From positions 558,001 to 622,000 of the forward strand of contig JAQGDQ010000096.1 in the NCBI GenBank assembly GCA_030141605.1: a stretch of DNA of 64,000 nt, given 5' to 3'. The notes under the pieces are model-generated. The model was not told the DNA's origin and did not search any database. It saw only the letters and a list, made by a program, of their open reading frames with translations. Positions 62,301 to 64,000 of the stretch are shown piece after piece. Origin of the DNA: Tubiluchus corallicola (Eukaryota > Animalia > Priapulida). Each line of letters opens with the position of its first letter. The first letter of the stretch is position 1. The position numbers were made by a program, and so were the translations under genes.

Positions 62301-63410
62301 TAATTAATCCCGTTAAGTTAGTGACAAAATATTATCTAGTAAAATATTAGCAAAATTAATTAAAATCAAACTATCACGACAAATTAACATATAATTAATA
62401 TACTGCTGCTGTAAAACACTTACAAAGTTTTCTCTTTTAGTGCGATTTTACAAATTCACATTCAAAAAACAAATCATGTAGAGATTGCTTCCTCTCTAAA
62501 CACTGGCACATATTATTTTCTGCATACCCAATATTGAATAGGAAATCATTAAAACTGGAAAATTGTGCCTAGCATCATCAGCAACATCACCGTTGTTGTG
62601 CTCGTGTGTGACTAAGTGAATTTCTAAGTAAATGAAATGAATTTCAGATATGGGGAAAAACTGTCAAAGAGCATATATTATGTAGTAAAATTATGTTAGG
62701 CCAAAATAAGCTGCCATTTAAAAAATTGTCCATTTCTACTTAAGCCATTTTACTGAAAATCACAAGCAAGAATCAAAGGAAAGCATTTTGTGGGTTAGAA
62801 TGTTCTCCCGTAACGAATGCAGAATTTTGATACGAGTCTTGTCTTCAATAGCTTTGACACCCTTGACTCTTTTCTGTGCTTTTCAGAAATACAATACCAG
62901 ATATTTTATACGCAATATCTAGCTTTAAACGAGTTTAACTAAAGCTAATGCTATGGCTAAACAAGCAAACAAATTCTATCAAAAAAAACTATTGTTGTTT
63001 TAAATGTGCATTTCTAGTTTTCTAGATTTTTTACAGTGTTAAATTCAAAACTGCCATTTGGTATGATAAGATTTGATCGTTATCATCCTTGATAATGGCC
63101 CAGTGGCATGACTGAGACATTGCTCTATTAATGTTTATTGTAAGAATGAGACTTTGATATATTTGTTTGAATTTGACTATAGTATTTTCCTAATGTTAAA
63201 GTGATATTGCAGATTTATTTCACCTGTGGCTCCAGTAATAAGATGGTGGAAGTGAAGGAGCCGCGCAAATGTAGGTATGTGTCACGGTTTGAGACTCCAC
63301 TGGTTTGTCATCCCGATGCCATGTTAGTGTATCCCAGACTGCCTAGTAACTTGCAGCACAAGTGGGATAGGCTTGAAACAGATCTGGTTAATGGGCTTCT
63401 TACAAATAAG
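53338..63410 (+). CDS. GNPTG: N-acetylglucosamine-1-phosphotransferase gamma subunit (MRH domain); first six exons, continues off the right edge
   Basis: Exons 53338-53392 (signal peptide [19 protein letters not shown]), 55995-56049 ([15 protein letters not shown]), 58696-58827 ([18 protein letters not shown]), 59955-60038 ([28 protein letters not shown]), 60925-61018 ([23 protein letters not shown]) and 63213-63410 ([29 protein letters not shown]). All phases are compatible. Confidence 0.93.
53652..54598 (+). mobile_element. Internally deleted PIF/Harbinger-type DNA transposon retaining the transposase N-terminus
   Basis: Long TIRs (t)aaggctgccaggccatagaaactca.gcttcatgcctcacg / cgtgaggcatgaagcgtgagtttctatggcctggcagcctta, with TA (TAA/TTA) flanks. 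ORF from ATG 53778: MESSDEE...RRIWCRE...RGEF...[13 protein letters not shown]...[17 protein letters not shown], the N-terminal region of HARBI1/ALP1-like transposases. The DDE domain is absent. Confidence 0.85.
54626..55374. mobile_element. Non-autonomous DNA transposon with TGT...ACA TIRs and 5-bp TSD (Ginger2-like?)
   Basis: Perfect TIR of about 38 bp, tgttgggagccgagtggaccactgcgccaagtagacca, and its reverse complement ending at 55374. AATGA is duplicated at 54621-54625 and 55375-55379. Confidence 0.85.
59100..59720 (-). mobile_element. LINE (L2/CR1-group) 3' fragment containing a tandem duplication of about 116 bp
   Basis: [23 protein letters not shown] matches the LINE motif xAWRKxxRRIWxLPxRTHxxL. 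59309-59424 is repeated at 59425-59541. Confidence 0.65.
61575..61825. repeat. Dispersed repeat family shared with about 3515-4010
   Basis: Direct similarity, see the feature at 3515. Confidence 0.65.
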
Positions 63411-64000
63411 GTGAGCTGAGTTATTTATGCAGCTGTTACAGTGTACAAGCAGTTAAACCGTCATGGTACTTATTTTTCAATTTGGAATGTCCAGAAAAGC
63501 AAAAAACCATCATTTTGGTCATTTTCCAACTTTTTTGCAAACTGAGTTGACATGTGAAGAACATTTCTGTGCACAGCATATCATTGAAAGAGCATTCAGC
63601 ATAGGGTGTACTAAACATAGGTTTGCGGGAAGGCCCACGATTTTCTGCATTCTGCATTTTCTTGAAACACCACTTACAGGAAATGTTCGTTTGGCACTTA
63701 GACTCTTGGAGAGAGTTACTGGGCTACATGATGATATGGGTCTTTTTTAAACACAGTTTCAGCCAGATGAATTACTATGAGTTTGCTCCAGGTTTCATTT
63801 TTGAGAATTTTCTCTCAGAAGCTATATGATGGATACCAGTGTCATGACACTCATCCAGTTATACTCTGTCTATAAATGTTGCTTATAAACTGCTTTCGGT
63901 ACGTAAATGCACACTGTCAAGCTATTACAATCGCTAACTGGGTCAAAAATAATAAACAAACATTATCGTGCGTTATTGATTATGTTCATATATTATATAC

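Overview
AT-rich, intron-rich nuclear DNA from an invertebrate animal. It is not prokaryotic, and most entries in the ORF track are exon fragments or noise. Manual GT-AG exon reconstruction gives six genes in strictly alternating orientation, forming three head-to-head pairs: TMEM268-like (-, 3' part runs off the window) / PSMB7 (+, complete), SURF2 (-, complete) / AXDND1 (+, about 23 coding exons, complete), and TSR3 (-, complete) / GNPTG (+, 3' part runs off the window). Introns and intergenic DNA carry many transposon relics: RTE, CR1 and other LINE fragments, tRNA- and 5S-derived SINEs, hAT-, Tc1/pogo-, Harbinger- and TGT..ACA-type non-autonomous DNA elements, a gag remnant, and mini/microsatellites. 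Most notable: (1) a 550-bp TSD-flanked bipartite RTE-derived element whose 5' end looks like an HDV-like ribozyme; (2) a 76-bp tandem array grown inside a SINE body; (3) the TSR3-GNPTG head-to-head pair also seen in human; (4) a GC-AG first intron in PSMB7; (5) two adjacent, apparently young DNA transposons in GNPTG intron 1. All homology calls come from recognising motifs by eye; no database searches were run.
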